DNA from: Phyllosticta citribraziliensis
Lineage: Eukaryota
Assembly: GCF_038025025.1 (NCBI RefSeq)
Contig: NW_027117340.1
Location: forward strand, 186,001-250,000
Direction of reading: 5' to 3'
Length of the DNA: 64,000 nucleotides
In this document: one piece after another, positions 61,945 through 64,000 of the stretch
Position numbering within the stretch: the first letter of the stretch is position 1
Layout: every line of letters starts with the position of its first letter
Translations under genes and position numbers: made by a program
The notes under the pieces: model-generated
Databases searched by the model: none
Seen by the model: only the letters and a program-made list of their open reading frames with translations
What the model was told of the DNA's origin: nothing

Positions 61945-64000
61945 ATGGACGACTACCAAATCGCGCCCAAGAGGCGCAAGCTCGACGTCTCGCGCTCGCG
62001 CCCCCCAACTGAACGACCGCCTCGAGCTCACCAAAACTCGAGATTCGCAGACTCGTCAAGGGACCAGACTCCCCGCGCCCCGAGTCGAGCTTCAAGTCCC
62101 CATCAGAGAGCATTCGAAGGTCCTGAGCCGGGAGTGGACCCTGACGCGGACATGGCATTGGATCGAGACTGGTACGGGGGCGAGGAGAACGGGCACGCAT
62201 TCGGTGACGAGACGCACAACCCATTTGGGGACGAAAGCACATGGGCAGAGGCGATGCGCAACCAGGCTTTGGCGGAAAAGAAGAATAGCCAGCGGCTGAA
62301 TGCACGGCAGCGGCAGAAGCAAAAGGACGTCGACGCTTGGGAAACGAATCGCATGCTCACGTCCGGAATTGCGCAGCGGCGCGACTTTGCGGGAGATTTC
62401 GAGGACGATGACGACGGCACCAGGATACATTTGCTGGTCCACGACCTCAGACCCCCGTTTCTGGATGGCCGAAAGATCTTCACCAAGCAGCTCGACCCCG
62501 TTTCGGCCGTCAAGGATCCGCAGAGTGACATGGCCGTCTTTAGTCGCAAAGGCAGCAAGGTTGTCAAGGAAAAGAGGCAGCAAAAAGAAAGGCAGCAGCA
62601 GGCCAAGGACTCGACAAACATTGCTGGCACTGCTTTGGGCAACATCATTGGAGTCAAAGAGGAGGACGCGGATAGCGCGGCTCCCAATGCCCCTGGTGAG
62701 TCGGAGAAGAAGGGTGGAAGTCAATTTGCTGAGCACTTGAAAAAGAGTGAGGGACAGAGTGACTTTAGCAAGAGCAAGAGCTTGCGGGAACAACGAGAAT
62801 ACCTTCCTGCATTCGCCGTTCGAGAAGAGCTTCTGCGGGTCGTGAGGGATAACCAGGTCATCATCGTCGTCGGCCAGACTGGTTCTGGCAAGACAACACA
62901 GCTCACCCAGTTTCTCTACGAGGACGGATACGGCAAATTTGGAATGATTGGCTGTACCCAGCCTCGCCGCGTCGCCGCAATGAGTGTCGCCAAGCGCGTC
63001 AGTGAAGAGATGGAGGTTGATCTGGGAGCTCTCGTCGGGTATGCGATTCGCTTCGAAGACTGCACCAGCAGCGAGACCCAAATCAAGTACATGACGGACG
63101 GAGTGTTGCTCCGCGAGTCCCTTGTGCAGCCAGATTTGGACAAGTACTCGGTGGTCATCATGGACGAGGCTCACGAAAGAGCGTTAAACACCGACGTTTT
63201 GATGGGTTTGATCAAAAAGGTCCTCGCCCGCCGCAAGGACCTCAAGCTGATCGTCACATCTGCGACCATGAATGCAGAACGGTTCTCGCGCTTCTTCGGC
63301 GGAGCTCCCGAATTCTTCATTCCCGGAAGAACGTTCCCTGTCGACATTCAATATTCGCGGTCGCCGTGCGAAGACTATGTGGATAGCGCGGTCAAGCAGG
63401 TGCTCGCTATCCACGTGTCGCAGGGTCCCGGCGACATTCTGGTCTTCATGACTGGTCAGGAGGATATCGAGGTTACATGCGAGCTGATCGACGAGCGGCT
63501 GCAGTTACTTGTCAATCCTCCGAAGCTAAGCATCCTCCCCATCTACAGTCAGATGCCGGCGGATCTGCAAGCGCGCATCTTTGAGAAAGCGGCGCCCGGA
63601 GTCCGGAAAGTGATTGTCGCAACCAACATTGCCGAGACCAGTTTGACAGTCGACGGCATCATGTACGTCGTCGACGCAGGCTTCTCCAAGCTCAAGGTGT
63701 ACAACCCTCGCATGGGAATGGATACCTTGCAAATTACGCCCATCTCCCAGGCCAACGCCTCGCAACGAGCCGGGCGTGCTGGTAGGACGGGACCTGGAAA
63801 GTCGTTCCACCTTTACACGGAGCGGGCTTTCAAGGAAGAATTGTACATTCAGACAATTCCGGAAATTCAGAGAACCAATCTCGCCAACACGGTGCTGCTG
63901 CTGAAATCTCTCGGAGTAAAAGATCTGCTGGAATTCGACTTTATGGACCCTCCCCCACAAGAGACCATCACAACGTCGCTTTTCGACTTGTGGGCGTTGG
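61945..64000 (+). CDS. PRP16: Pre-mRNA splicing DEAH-box helicase Prp16; runs off the window end, so absent from the ORF track
   Basis: Manual translation: [62 protein letters not shown]. Confidence 0.95.
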   Translation, partial: MDDYQIAPKRRKLDVSRSRPPTERPPRAHQNSRFADSSRDQTPRAPSRASSPHQRAFEGPEPGVDPDADMALDRDWYGGEENGHAFGDETHNPFGDESTWAEAMRNQALAEKKNSQRLNARQRQKQKDVDAWETNRMLTSGIAQRRDFAGDFEDDDDGTRIHLLVHDLRPPFLDGRKIFTKQLDPVSAVKDPQSDMAVFSRKGSKVVKEKRQQKERQQQAKDSTNIAGTALGNIIGVKEEDADSAAPNAPGESEKKGGSQFAEHLKKSEGQSDFSKSKSLREQREYLPAFAVREELLRVVRDNQVIIVVGQTGSGKTTQLTQFLYEDGYGKFGMIGCTQPRRVAAMSVAKRVSEEMEVDLGALVGYAIRFEDCTSSETQIKYMTDGVLLRESLVQPDLDKYSVVIMDEAHERALNTDVLMGLIKKVLARRKDLKLIVTSATMNAERFSRFFGGAPEFFIPGRTFPVDIQYSRSPCEDYVDSAVKQVLAIHVSQGPGDILVFMTGQEDIEVTCELIDERLQLLVNPPKLSILPIYSQMPADLQARIFEKAAPGVRKVIVATNIAETSLTVDGIMYVVDAGFSKLKVYNPRMGMDTLQITPISQANASQRAGRAGRTGPGKSFHLYTERAFKEELYIQTIPEIQRTNLANTVLLLKSLGVKDLLEFDFMDPPPQETITTSLFDLWAL

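Overview
Gene-dense 64 kb segment of a GC-rich filamentous ascomycete genome. Pezizomycotina is supported by short GT-AG introns with CTRAC branch sites; Dothideomycetes is only a guess. About 24 intron-containing protein genes are present, mostly conserved housekeeping. Cell cycle/chromosome genes: APC1 (5'-truncated), APC2, an F-box protein, SMC6, ORC3, CKS1. Translation/RNA genes: eIF1A, GAR1, ThrRS, PWP1, a G-patch protein, PRP16 (3'-truncated) and a cellular RNAi-type RdRP. Others: ClpP, a type-B carboxylesterase, a C2H2 transcription factor, CHO1, a Ctr copper transporter, BNA1/HAAO, a DUF3712-like protein and four hypotheticals. No transposon, CRISPR array, rRNA or tRNA was recognised, and I found no convincing wholly new multi-gene system. 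Best leads: a mitochondrial-presequence-like two-AUG extension on the normally cytosolic HAAO; close APC1-APC2 linkage; a long structured intron with pseudoknot or switch potential in the esterase; two GC-AG introns; three stop-free in-frame introns; and a recurring C-to-G strand skew at gene 3' ends. Exon boundaries were inferred by eye and may be off by a few bases.
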